Of a stretch of 64,000 nt of DNA, positions 46,968 to 55,803 are shown piece after piece. Origin of the DNA: Candidatus Undinarchaeota archaeon (GTDB taxonomy: Archaea > SpSt-1190 > JASMDC01); the NCBI GenBank assembly GCA_964519305.1, contig CAZFHY010000004.1, positions 122,774-186,773 on the forward strand. Direction: 5' to 3'. The position numbers were made by a program, and so were the translations under genes. The notes below the pieces were generated by a model that saw only the letters and a program-made list of their open reading frames with translations, searched no databases and was not told where the DNA came from. Each line of letters opens with the position of its first letter. Position 1 is the first letter of the stretch.

Positions 46968-48710
46968 CTAATCGGCCTTACCGACAAGCTCGATCCTGGA
47001 TAGCTGGAGGTCGGTGAACAGGGCCGACATCTCCCCCCCGGGCGCGGTAACACGCTGAATCGGGACGATCTTGAAAGAACTGTCCAGTGCGGGTGTGAGA
47101 ATGTTCCTGTCCCTGTCCGATCCGTATAGGTACACGCATGAACCCTTATCGAGCAGTGCTCTCACGTCCTTGCGAATCGTGGCCGCCATCAGTTCACGTG
47201 GGAATCGCTTCGGCTCGGTATCGACGACGATGACACGCCGACGCCACATGTGTTGGGGACGTATGGATTCTACGGCCAATATATAGCATTCAGGACCAAC
47301 GAGAGTTCGCCAGCCGTCGATGATACGCGCCTCCCATGCGAGTGTCTCACGTATAGGACGGTGCACACCATCGTTGGTCGTGATGGTCTTATAGAGGCAG
47401 GGAACGAGCACTATACATGATATGGTTACGACGACAAGGAGTCGTCGTCCCCCTTCTCCCACCCGCCACAAGGCCCAGAGCAGGACCGTTAGGGGAAGAA
47501 CGAGGTGGAGGACGCCGAGCGACCGGCCCATCGCTTCCGGGAGCTCGAATCCGTACCATGTGTCATAGGCGAACGGTAGGTGAAAAGCGCCGGACAGGAT
47601 GATAGCACCGATGAGGACATGGCTCCTAGGGGCCAGCGCTCTCGCACCTGCACCACAGGCCATGGCGAACGGGGCAGAGAGAAGGAGCATGTAGCGGGGG
47701 ATAAAGGTCTCGGACGTCTGGAGAAGGTACACGAAGAGTCGCACCACCCACCAAGAGGCCGCGAGCGTCCCGTACGGCGAGGGGAGACGCCACATGACCA
47801 CACACCCCATCATGGCGAGTGCGGTGAACAGGAACGGTTGGTGGAACCCGTCGAACCAGTAGAACACGTAGGAGACGTTACCTACCACCTGGCTAAGGTC
47901 CAAACGCTGTGAGATGCCCTGGTATCCGAAGTGGAGCTCGCTCCACGACATATAGGTGGGCGCGATCAGTACGAGTGCCACGATCCAGGGGGTTAGCGAT
48001 GGGCGTGGGTAGTCGGACCACCGTCGGTATACGACAATGAGAGGGACAATGATCAGTACGCTCTCTACTCTCATCGTCAAGAGGAATGCGGTGCAGGCAG
48101 CGGAGAGCCACCCAAGCGCTGCCCTGCGTGTTCTCACATGGACAATGGCCGCGAGCACGGCAAGGGTCTCAAGGAGAATGGAAGACACTTCGGAGCGGGT
48201 GGTGACCGCGTATCTCACGTGCATTGGGAGAAGGGCAATGACCAGAGCGGCCACGAGAGCTACACGACGGTCCCGGCCGACCAGCGTCACAAGAAGGTAG
48301 ACGCATCCCACGGTGAGCACTCCTCCGACCACACCCACCACTCGTGCCGCCAAGTCGGAGAAGCCGAACAGGGTGGATGTCAGGGAAAGGATGAGGGGGT
48401 AGCCGATTGGAAAGAACGTATCGAACCTCTGACAGTCGCCACTCATGCCCAATGTACAGAACGCGTTGATGTGATGTTGGGCGAGGACCGTGGATTGTTC
48501 GTGGTAGAACAACTCATCGTCGATGAGGATAGGACGATAGGGATTGAGAACGCGCACGCTGAAAGCGATGAGTAGGACGAGGAACAGTGCGCTTCGCCCA
48601 TTTCGGGAACGCGGGACGAACGCCCACAGCTCCCTACGCGAGGCCACGAGCGCCCCGGTGATGAGCAGGAGGTTCGCGATCCCCACGGGCAGTGCCAGGG
48701 ACACCGGCAT
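46968..48710 (-). CDS. GT-C fold glycosyltransferase (ArnT/PMT_2, family 39/83-like)
   Basis: Acidic DDE motif in the first loop, PIGYP, AAR, PMHVRYA..SE, R.E and PRY motifs; many TM helices. Confidence 0.85.
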   Translation of the reverse strand: MPVSLALPVGIANLLLITGALVASRRELWAFVPRSRNGRSALFLVLLIAFSVRVLNPYRPILIDDELFYHEQSTVLAQHHINAFCTLGMSGDCQRFDTFFPIGYPLILSLTSTLFGFSDLAARVVGVVGGVLTVGCVYLLVTLVGRDRRVALVAALVIALLPMHVRYAVTTRSEVSSILLETLAVLAAIVHVRTRRAALGWLSAACTAFLLTMRVESVLIIVPLIVVYRRWSDYPRPSLTPWIVALVLIAPTYMSWSELHFGYQGISQRLDLSQVVGNVSYVFYWFDGFHQPFLFTALAMMGCVVMWRLPSPYGTLAASWWVVRLFVYLLQTSETFIPRYMLLLSAPFAMACGAGARALAPRSHVLIGAIILSGAFHLPFAYDTWYGFELPEAMGRSLGVLHLVLPLTVLLWALWRVGEGGRRLLVVVTISCIVLVPCLYKTITTNDGVHRPIRETLAWEARIIDGWRTLVGPECYILAVESIRPQHMWRRRVIVVDTEPKRFPRELMAATIRKDVRALLDKGSCVYLYGSDRDRNILTPALDSSFKIVPIQRVTAPGGEMSALFTDLQLSRIELVGKAD

Positions 48711-48777
48711 GGGATGACGAGGTACTCGATCCTTTATAAATAGAGGCAGGTCCGCGTCAGTGTATCCTGCCTACTCC

Positions 48778-50535
48778 CTACTGGGACTGGCGCCTACCCC
48801 TCACACGGTAGAAGGCGATCTCCTCGAGGAGCTGTATTGCATCAGGGGACTCATTATTTACATCGATCAGGTCCAACAGTTCTAGCACATAGTTCTCGTG
48901 AAGGACGGACGCGGTCCACCCGCGTGGCCTCGGTTCGTAGAAGAATACACATTCTCCATCACGTAGTAACGGATCCAGTTCCACCGCCAACATCTCACTT
49001 ACCGTCTCCGTGGAGAAGAAGTTGAAGTTGGCAACGACCGTAGGCCGCTGCCACAAGTATCGCGGACGCACGGGCTCTACGACGACGACGTGACAGTCTT
49101 GGCCGACCAGATAGCGCCATCCATCGATCGTGCGCTCCTCCAGTGCGAACGCCTCACGATGGGCATGATGCACGCCATCAGTTGTCTCTATCAGGGTGTA
49201 TAGGAGCGGGACAAGGAACAGACAGGCTACCGCTATTACTACATGGGGTCGCGGCTCCCGCGACCGCCACGCCGCCCAGAGCAGCAGTGCAAGTGGGAGG
49301 AATAAGTGGACAGCTGCCATCGTCGAACTGATGCCCTCGGCTAGTTCGATCCCATATCGAACACTGTAGGCAAAGGGCAGGTGCGCTATACCGGACAGCA
49401 CTACGGCAATAACTATGAAAGAGACTACGGGCGAGAATATGTTTGCACCGGCGCCGGCGAGCAGTGCGAACGGAACGGAGAGGCTGAGCATGAAACGAGG
49501 ATTGAACTCCCGGAAGTGGTTGAGGAGGTACACGCCCATCCGGACCAGCAACCAGGAGGCAGCGAGTCGAGCGTACGGTACGGGAAGCCCTCGAACGGCC
49601 ACGGCACCCATAAGGGCGAGGCCTGTGAAGAGGAACGGGACGAAGTACCCATCCAGCCAGTACCTGACGTACCATAGATTGCGTGGTATGTGCTTGGGAT
49701 GAAGGGGGACCTCCCGGTCCTCGGCCTGCGTGGAGCTCAGATGGAAGGTAGAGCCCATGTTGAGTTCGTTGAACCCGCTCATGTGAGGTGTGAGCAGTAC
49801 GAAGGCCACTATCCAGGGGAGGGCGGACCTTCGTGCTCTTCCCCCGCTACTATAGACGGCCAGGACCGGGACAATCGCCAGCGGGTTCTCCCGTCGCACG
49901 GTCACATGGAACGCGAGGGAGGCGGCTGCGAGCCAGGCATTAGCCGGGCGCCCCGTCCTTACATGGAGGAGCGCTCCTAGGACCGCCAAGGCCTCTGTCA
50001 GCAAGGAGACCATCTCGGAGGACGTCGCCATGGCGTACCTCACATGCATGGGAAGGAGGGCAATTACGAGCGATGCCACGAGCGCGGTCCGCTCGTTCCG
50101 GACGAGGAGACGTGCCAGCAAGTATGTGACCAGCACGGTCGCGATACCGCACATGATCCCCACTGCACGTGCTGCGACATCGGTGAACCCGAAGATCGAG
50201 GACGCTAGCGAGAGGACCACAGGATAACCGATCGGATAGAACACGCCGAACCGTCCGCAGTCGTCCATGTCACCGTATGTGCAGAACACGTTGAGACGAT
50301 GATGGACAAGCGCATGGGACTGGTCGATGTAGAGCCACTCGTCCTCGAATGGCATCGGACGGTAGGGATTGAGAACTCGTACGCTGAACGCGATGAGGAG
50401 CACGAGCAACAGCGCTCTGCGCTCACGAGGGGCCCGCGGGATTAGCTTCCAGAACTCCCGACGCGATGCCACCAGCGCCCCGGCGATGAGCAGGAGGTTC
50501 GCCAGCGCCATGGGGAGCGCCAGGGGCGACGGCAT
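48778..50535 (-). CDS. GT-C fold glycosyltransferase (tandem paralog)
   Basis: EDE, YPIGYP, PMHVRYA..SE, RRE and PRF motifs; colinear with the neighbour. Confidence 0.85.
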   Translation of the reverse strand: MPSPLALPMALANLLLIAGALVASRREFWKLIPRAPRERRALLLVLLIAFSVRVLNPYRPMPFEDEWLYIDQSHALVHHRLNVFCTYGDMDDCGRFGVFYPIGYPVVLSLASSIFGFTDVAARAVGIMCGIATVLVTYLLARLLVRNERTALVASLVIALLPMHVRYAMATSSEMVSLLTEALAVLGALLHVRTGRPANAWLAAASLAFHVTVRRENPLAIVPVLAVYSSGGRARRSALPWIVAFVLLTPHMSGFNELNMGSTFHLSSTQAEDREVPLHPKHIPRNLWYVRYWLDGYFVPFLFTGLALMGAVAVRGLPVPYARLAASWLLVRMGVYLLNHFREFNPRFMLSLSVPFALLAGAGANIFSPVVSFIVIAVVLSGIAHLPFAYSVRYGIELAEGISSTMAAVHLFLPLALLLWAAWRSREPRPHVVIAVACLFLVPLLYTLIETTDGVHHAHREAFALEERTIDGWRYLVGQDCHVVVVEPVRPRYLWQRPTVVANFNFFSTETVSEMLAVELDPLLRDGECVFFYEPRPRGWTASVLHENYVLELLDLIDVNNESPDAIQLLEEIAFYRVRGRRQSQ

Positions 50536-50585
50536 AGGACGAGATGGGGTGCTGAAGCTTCAAAAAGTTACCCCGTACAACAGCG

Positions 50586-51380
50586 TCATACAGGCAGGCC
50601 CGGCGCATGGACCACACGGTCGATGCCTCGCGCTTCCAGGTCGTCGGGGAGATGGTCGTTGCGGTAGAACTGGGTATTCCCCGCGAGCACAAGCGGTACG
50701 GGCATGTGTCTCGTGATGAGGCGGAAGGGGCCGTAACGCAGGCACTCCTTCCCGCATGGGGTAAGGCTCGGCCGCGCACCGCTATTACCACATAAGGCGA
50801 CAGGACAGCATCGGCTCGTAGTGACGTATGCATAAGGGTAGTGCAGAGAGCCTTTCAGACCTGATCCCGTCAGGTCGTCATCGATGCCCTGGAGGAGGTT
50901 ATCCAGTTCCACACGAAGCACACCTTGCTCGCGCAGGAACGCCTGGAAAGCGGGCGCACTGACATTGGAACGACGGTAATGATGAAAGGCTGCCGGTGGG
51001 ATACGTTCCTCAAGAAGGGTGACCCGGGGGCCGCGTTTCTGCTTAGTAAGCAGACGTCCGAGCACGGGTCGCAGGTCCCATCCATTCTCTCGAATGAGCG
51101 TTAGGATACCAAGATCGTTCACGACTACCTCGGACCCGGGCGCCCTGTCGTGCAGTCGCCCAATCAGTTCTGTCGTCCGCTCGAGCGCCGTGTCGGTAAC
51201 AAACGGAGTGACAAGTGTAAGGTCCGCGTCCCGGTCCCGGGCGAATCCTATCGCGGTATCTAGCCCGGCAATGTCAGGGAGGATACGCTGGCAGAACTCC
51301 TGTCCGAAATGGAGCCTAGTGTACCGGTCCTCCCACCGGTCCAAGTCACTTACCTTTGTCACGTAGAGGGCGTTCTCCAT
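50586..51380 (-). CDS. Divergent short U32-like protein
   Basis: RLHFGQEFC, LVTP, EVVVNDLG, LGRLL, RVELDN and TTSRCC..C..PCGKEC; starts 1 nt after the stop of a U32 gene. Confidence 0.6.
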   Translation of the reverse strand: MENALYVTKVSDLDRWEDRYTRLHFGQEFCQRILPDIAGLDTAIGFARDRDADLTLVTPFVTDTALERTTELIGRLHDRAPGSEVVVNDLGILTLIRENGWDLRPVLGRLLTKQKRGPRVTLLEERIPPAAFHHYRRSNVSAPAFQAFLREQGVLRVELDNLLQGIDDDLTGSGLKGSLHYPYAYVTTSRCCPVALCGNSGARPSLTPCGKECLRYGPFRLITRHMPVPLVLAGNTQFYRNDHLPDDLEARGIDRVVHAPGLPV

Positions 51381-51381
51381 G

Positions 51382-52467
51382 TCAGCCCACCAGATTGTTG
51401 CAGTAGTCGTCGTCACAGGCGAAGCCTCGGAGGGCACCGAACCTCTCCCGGGCACGGTCGCAGAACGCGTTGTCGTCGGTCGTGCGTTCCATCTCTTTCA
51501 GCATCGTCTTGATGAAGGTTATGTTGTTGAGCCGGTCGCCGAGCGGGGCTGCCCGGTCCTCGGTCTTGACCACTGAAATGCCCATACGGGCAAGTTGCGG
51601 GAGCGCGCATGCGCCACACCCGTACATCCGCTCGTGCTCATATGCGTTCGATAGCATAGGTGACAGGCAGGACCTGACGCGAGCGAGTTCGCCCTCCTCC
51701 ATCGCCTCCATCGGCTCGATGTCGTACCTCAGACAGCAAGCAGCGCGGTCCGCAAGGAACGTGTGCTCCTGGAGGAAACGCCGAAGCCGCCCTGCGCCCT
51801 TGCGCTGGTACGTCCTTATGATACCGCTCTGGAGCGGGTTGTTGAGGACGAACCTAGAGAGCTGCGGGTGCCGTGCCTCGATGACGCCATGTTGGAACCG
51901 ACAGAGTGCTTCCACGTTGTTGCAGCCCACTGTGAGGATGAAACTCTCCAGTACCATGTCACCGCGGTCTGCGGCGATGGAGTCGATCTCCTCCAGCGTG
52001 AGCTGCTTGGGCAGAACCACCCGCGAAGCACCGAGCTCCCGATAGAAGGCCACGGTACGTGAGTTGAACGCGCCACCGACAACGCTGACGTGGAGCTCCA
52101 CGCCCGTGTCCATGGCGACAAGTGTGCGCATGAGCCCGATGTCAGCGGCTATTATCCCGTCCACACCGGCGGACACCGCGCGCTCCACCTCCTTCTCTAG
52201 GAGATTGTATTGGTCGCGGCTGTAGTAGTACGAGTTGTAGGTAGCAAAGACCTTGGCGTCGTGTGAGTGGGCCACTTCCACCACATGTCGCAGCTCGTCG
52301 AAGTCGGTCAGATTGTGGAAGCGCGAGGGACTGCCGTTGATGGTCCCAGTATGAGCGAAGCTCCTCTGCCATGCAGGAGTGAGCACACCGCAGTACACCT
52401 CGTCCGCGCCAGCAGAGACAACCTTCTCGATCTCGCTGACGTTGTTGACCGGAGAGAGGACCTTCAT
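51382..52467 (-). CDS. U32 family Fe-S protein (paralog 4, more divergent)
   Basis: MKVLSP, GADEVYCG, DGIIAAD, HVS, FNS, GASRVVLP, CNNVEALC and CGAC. An alternative GTG start lies at 52476. Confidence 0.9.
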   Translation of the reverse strand: MKVLSPVNNVSEIEKVVSAGADEVYCGVLTPAWQRSFAHTGTINGSPSRFHNLTDFDELRHVVEVAHSHDAKVFATYNSYYYSRDQYNLLEKEVERAVSAGVDGIIAADIGLMRTLVAMDTGVELHVSVVGGAFNSRTVAFYRELGASRVVLPKQLTLEEIDSIAADRGDMVLESFILTVGCNNVEALCRFQHGVIEARHPQLSRFVLNNPLQSGIIRTYQRKGAGRLRRFLQEHTFLADRAACCLRYDIEPMEAMEEGELARVRSCLSPMLSNAYEHERMYGCGACALPQLARMGISVVKTEDRAAPLGDRLNNITFIKTMLKEMERTTDDNAFCDRARERFGALRGFACDDDYCNNLVG

Positions 52468-52531
52468 CCCGTCCACTCATGAGTGGGTGAGCTTTTTAAC
52501 GTTGTCCGCGAGGGCGTGGCCACTGCGACAC

Positions 52532-52541
52532 CTTTATCAAG
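52532..52541 (+). promoter_or_regulatory. TATA-like element upstream of U32 paralog 5
   Basis: CTTTATCAAG exactly 21 nt before GTG 52563. Confidence 0.7.
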
Positions 52542-52562
52542 CTTGGGCGACCCCCCTGCCCC

Positions 52563-53648
52563 GTGGAGCTCATCTCGCCCCTTACTGCGGTCCGGGAGGT
52601 TGCGCCTCTAGTCGAAGCTGGTGCCACTGAGCTCTACGCGGGTGTTCTGACACGAGGGTGGAAGGACTCCTTTTCGACGTTCGTGTCGAACAACGACCGT
52701 GACAGCGTCGTCGGTAACTTCTCGGACATTGAAGAGCTGCGCGAGGCGGTCGACATGGCCCATGAGCTGAAGGTACCCGTCCACCTCACACTCAATCCCG
52801 CCTACTACACGGCAGCACAGGCCGACCAACTGGCACGGCTCATGGACGATGCGGTCGATGCCGGAATCGACGGTTTCCTCATCTCGGACCTCCCGACCAT
52901 GCTCCGTGCTCGTCGCGAACATCCTGACCTATCGGTCCACGTAAGCACTATCTCCCCTGCGTTCAACAGCGCAGCGCTCGCGTTCTACGCGGGCCTGGGC
53001 GCCGAACGAGCGATCCTCCCCCAGCACCTCACTCCTGACGAGATCGCCGACCTTGCCCGTGATCCGCCACTGGACCTGGAGGTGTTCGTGCTCAACGACC
53101 GCTGCATGAACGTGGATGGTTTCTGCACCTTCATGGACGGACTCCAGGAGGCAGAGGATCCACGCAGCGGAGGCCTGGGACGCTCCGTCCTCCACAGTCG
53201 TGCGGCACTGATGGCCGCCCGTCACGTGCCCCGTCGCTTGCTCCGCATGGCCCGGCGACTTCCCGGGCTCAGGCCCGAACCCTGTCTGCTCGATTACGGG
53301 ACCGAGCCGGTGACCATCGGCCCCGTTCCGCTGGAGGGGATCGCAGCCGCCCGGTCACGGATGGAGCGGCATTTCCATGCCAAGACGGGTATCGACTGCG
53401 GTGCCTGCGTACTTCGCACGCTCATGAACGCTGGTGTGAAGGCCGTCAAGATCGCGGGACGCTCGAACGACACCCGTCGCAAGCTCCAAGACGTGCGTTT
53501 CATAGCTGCTCTGCTACGTCTTGCTGAGGATAACAATGTCAGTGATGAAGAGCTCTATGTGCAGACGCGAAAGGCGTTCCGTGACGACTACAGCGGCTCG
53601 TGTCGCGACGAGGTCTGCTACTACCGCACCTTCCTGCCTCGTGCGTGA
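52563..53648 (+). CDS. U32 family Fe-S protein (paralog 5)
   Basis: ISPL, GATELYAG, CMNVDGFC, CGAC, KIAGR and CRDEVCYY. Confidence 0.9.
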   Translation: MELISPLTAVREVAPLVEAGATELYAGVLTRGWKDSFSTFVSNNDRDSVVGNFSDIEELREAVDMAHELKVPVHLTLNPAYYTAAQADQLARLMDDAVDAGIDGFLISDLPTMLRARREHPDLSVHVSTISPAFNSAALAFYAGLGAERAILPQHLTPDEIADLARDPPLDLEVFVLNDRCMNVDGFCTFMDGLQEAEDPRSGGLGRSVLHSRAALMAARHVPRRLLRMARRLPGLRPEPCLLDYGTEPVTIGPVPLEGIAAARSRMERHFHAKTGIDCGACVLRTLMNAGVKAVKIAGRSNDTRRKLQDVRFIAALLRLAEDNNVSDEELYVQTRKAFRDDYSGSCRDEVCYYRTFLPRA

Positions 53649-53657
53649 ACTGGCACC

Positions 53658-54524
53658 TCAGCCCGCTACGGGCGTCCGTGAGACAGGCCCGTGCGCTGCC
53701 AGACGTGCTCCTGCAGGCGTGAGGCACATGAACCTCCGATTAGGACTGAGTCTCACCAATCCTTCCCGTTCCAGGGCGGTCACGAGTCGGGAGAACGCTG
53801 CCTTTGACATCTTGAGCGACCGTCGCAGAGTGGAGCACTCCCGCTCCCCGCGTCGAACAGCCCGCACCACGGTCAAGGCGGCCTTTCGTCGCGCGGACCG
53901 GGAGGATACGGAACGGAGGTCGTTCGCTGCGATATCCCCGAGAGTGCGTCCCGCACGGCCTTCCCAAGTGACGGCGGGCGGCCCGCCAGCGAGCTCGTGC
54001 AGCTTAGGGAAGCAGCGTCCGAAATGGGCTGTCGCATAGCCAAGTAGCACGGGCTCCACTCCCAGAGCATCACGGTACGCTGCACTGTCACCAGCGACCC
54101 GGAAGTCCATCCCGGACGAGGCCAGCACGTCCCGCAGCACACGCGGATCGTGACATGGTGCGGTGAACACCGCTGCCTCGGCCCCACCACGGTTCACGAC
54201 CGGCGCCATGACCTGAGTGGAGACGCGGTCGAGAGTGAGGTTCGCTAAGCTCTCCCGGGCCGGGTACCGTGTATGGATGTGCATTAATCGCCCTCCGGTC
54301 CGCTCGGGACCGAGGAGGACGCGATGGAGGTTGTGCCGTCGACGCACATCATCCAGCATACCGGGGAGCGCACGTCCATCAGGATCATGAACTACACAGT
54401 CGTAGTACGCGTACCCTTCCCAGACGTGACTGAGGGCGCTGAGCGATGCCGTACCATGACGTTCTGCAGCATCTATCCCACGACATTCGTGCCAGCCGTG
54501 CACGTAGAATACGTTTTCCCCCAT
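53658..54524 (-). CDS. Hypothetical protein with C-terminal winged HTH (putative regulator)
   Basis: LRRSLKMSKAAFSRLVTALEREGLV is a MarR-like wHTH. Confidence 0.6.
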   Translation of the reverse strand: MGENVFYVHGWHECRGIDAAERHGTASLSALSHVWEGYAYYDCVVHDPDGRALPGMLDDVRRRHNLHRVLLGPERTGGRLMHIHTRYPARESLANLTLDRVSTQVMAPVVNRGGAEAAVFTAPCHDPRVLRDVLASSGMDFRVAGDSAAYRDALGVEPVLLGYATAHFGRCFPKLHELAGGPPAVTWEGRAGRTLGDIAANDLRSVSSRSARRKAALTVVRAVRRGERECSTLRRSLKMSKAAFSRLVTALEREGLVRLSPNRRFMCLTPAGARLAAHGPVSRTPVAG

Positions 54525-54561
54525 CCCAATTGCATTAGACTACGATAACCTTTAAATTGGT

Positions 54562-55803
54562 TTGGTGCGATGTAACGACCCGGGAGGGACACCGACGGAC
54601 GGGGGATTTGAACAGGAGGCCGAGTATCTTCTCACCCATATCGACGAGTACCGCCGACAGGAGCGACGGGTAGGCATCGAGTACGAGCTCCTGGTCGTCG
54701 ACAAGGATCTACAGCCCTACCCCACCGCGGTGTCGTCCTTCCTTGCGAGGGACCACGAGGGATACGATACTGAGCAGCATACGGACACTATCGAAGTGCG
54801 CACGGAGCCTTACCCTGTGGACGCGTTCGATTCCATGGTCGGCCAGCTCTATGACCGCGTGGGGGGCTTCCTCTCCGCAGAACCGGAGGCGGCCGTGCTC
54901 GGACTGGGCGCGCACCCGGTGAAGTTGTACGACGACATCGAGATTACGAGCAGTGGTAGATACGGCCGGGTAATCGACGAGCTCGCAGGTTACCGCACCG
55001 AGCTGGAAGGGCTGACCGCGGGCATCCACGTCAATCTTCAGGCACGTGACGAAGTCGAGCTCGTGGACGATCTCAATCATGCTGTCATGCTAAGCCCGTA
55101 CGTGGTGGCAGTCGCCGCCAACTCCAGCCTGCTCATGGGGGGTGATACCGGGGCTGTGGAGGCGCGGCTCCCTCTCATCGAGAACTGCCTGGGATTGCCA
55201 GAGCGCACGGGCATGCCGCGATACTATCGTGACCTTGCCGACTACCTCGACGAACGTGAACAGTGGGATGACGTGGCCGGTGTCTCCGGACTTGACGGTC
55301 GTCTTTCAACAGATTGGCACGAGGTGCGGATTCGCGTAGGTCCGGACCGGACTCTGCGGACCGAGTTCCGGGCCATCCCCCAGCAGCCGACCATCGACGA
55401 GTCGCTGGCGTGCGTGGCCCTCTATCTGGGACTTATCGAGCATTACCGCGGGACTGCGCTGCTAGACCATGGGCTGGTTGAGCTCAACCGAGAGGAGGCC
55501 ATGCATCACGGGCTCAGCGGTGAGCTCTACGACCCCGAGGGGCGGTTGCGGCCCGCATGGGAGGTGGTCCACGACGAACTGGAAAAAGCTGCCGAAGGGC
55601 TTGATGTGCTGGGGATCGATCCCGATTATCTGGCACCGTTGTACGACCGGGTTCGCCGTCGCTCGTCGCCAGGCGAGGACGTGGCGCAAGATGCGCGGGT
55701 CCTGGCAGGGCTCCTCGATGTGCGGACCGCACGTATAACGTCGGCGCGACGCCGGCTCCAGGGTGCCGATGGTCGCTTGATGGCCTACGCTTCAGGCCCG
55801 TAA
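54562..55803 (+). CDS. Glutamate--cysteine ligase (GCS2) family carboxylate-amine ligase
   Basis: VGIEYE, IEVRT, GIHVNL, AANS, W.EVR and EFR..PQQPT motifs. The start is uncertain. Confidence 0.8.
   Translation: MVRCNDPGGTPTDGGFEQEAEYLLTHIDEYRRQERRVGIEYELLVVDKDLQPYPTAVSSFLARDHEGYDTEQHTDTIEVRTEPYPVDAFDSMVGQLYDRVGGFLSAEPEAAVLGLGAHPVKLYDDIEITSSGRYGRVIDELAGYRTELEGLTAGIHVNLQARDEVELVDDLNHAVMLSPYVVAVAANSSLLMGGDTGAVEARLPLIENCLGLPERTGMPRYYRDLADYLDEREQWDDVAGVSGLDGRLSTDWHEVRIRVGPDRTLRTEFRAIPQQPTIDESLACVALYLGLIEHYRGTALLDHGLVELNREEAMHHGLSGELYDPEGRLRPAWEVVHDELEKAAEGLDVLGIDPDYLAPLYDRVRRRSSPGEDVAQDARVLAGLLDVRTARITSARRRLQGADGRLMAYASGP

Noticed and set aside
44702-53648. U32 genes as collagenase-like proteases
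   Set aside because: The family name is historical; conserved Cys ligands and the lack of signal peptides fit Fe-S enzymes better.
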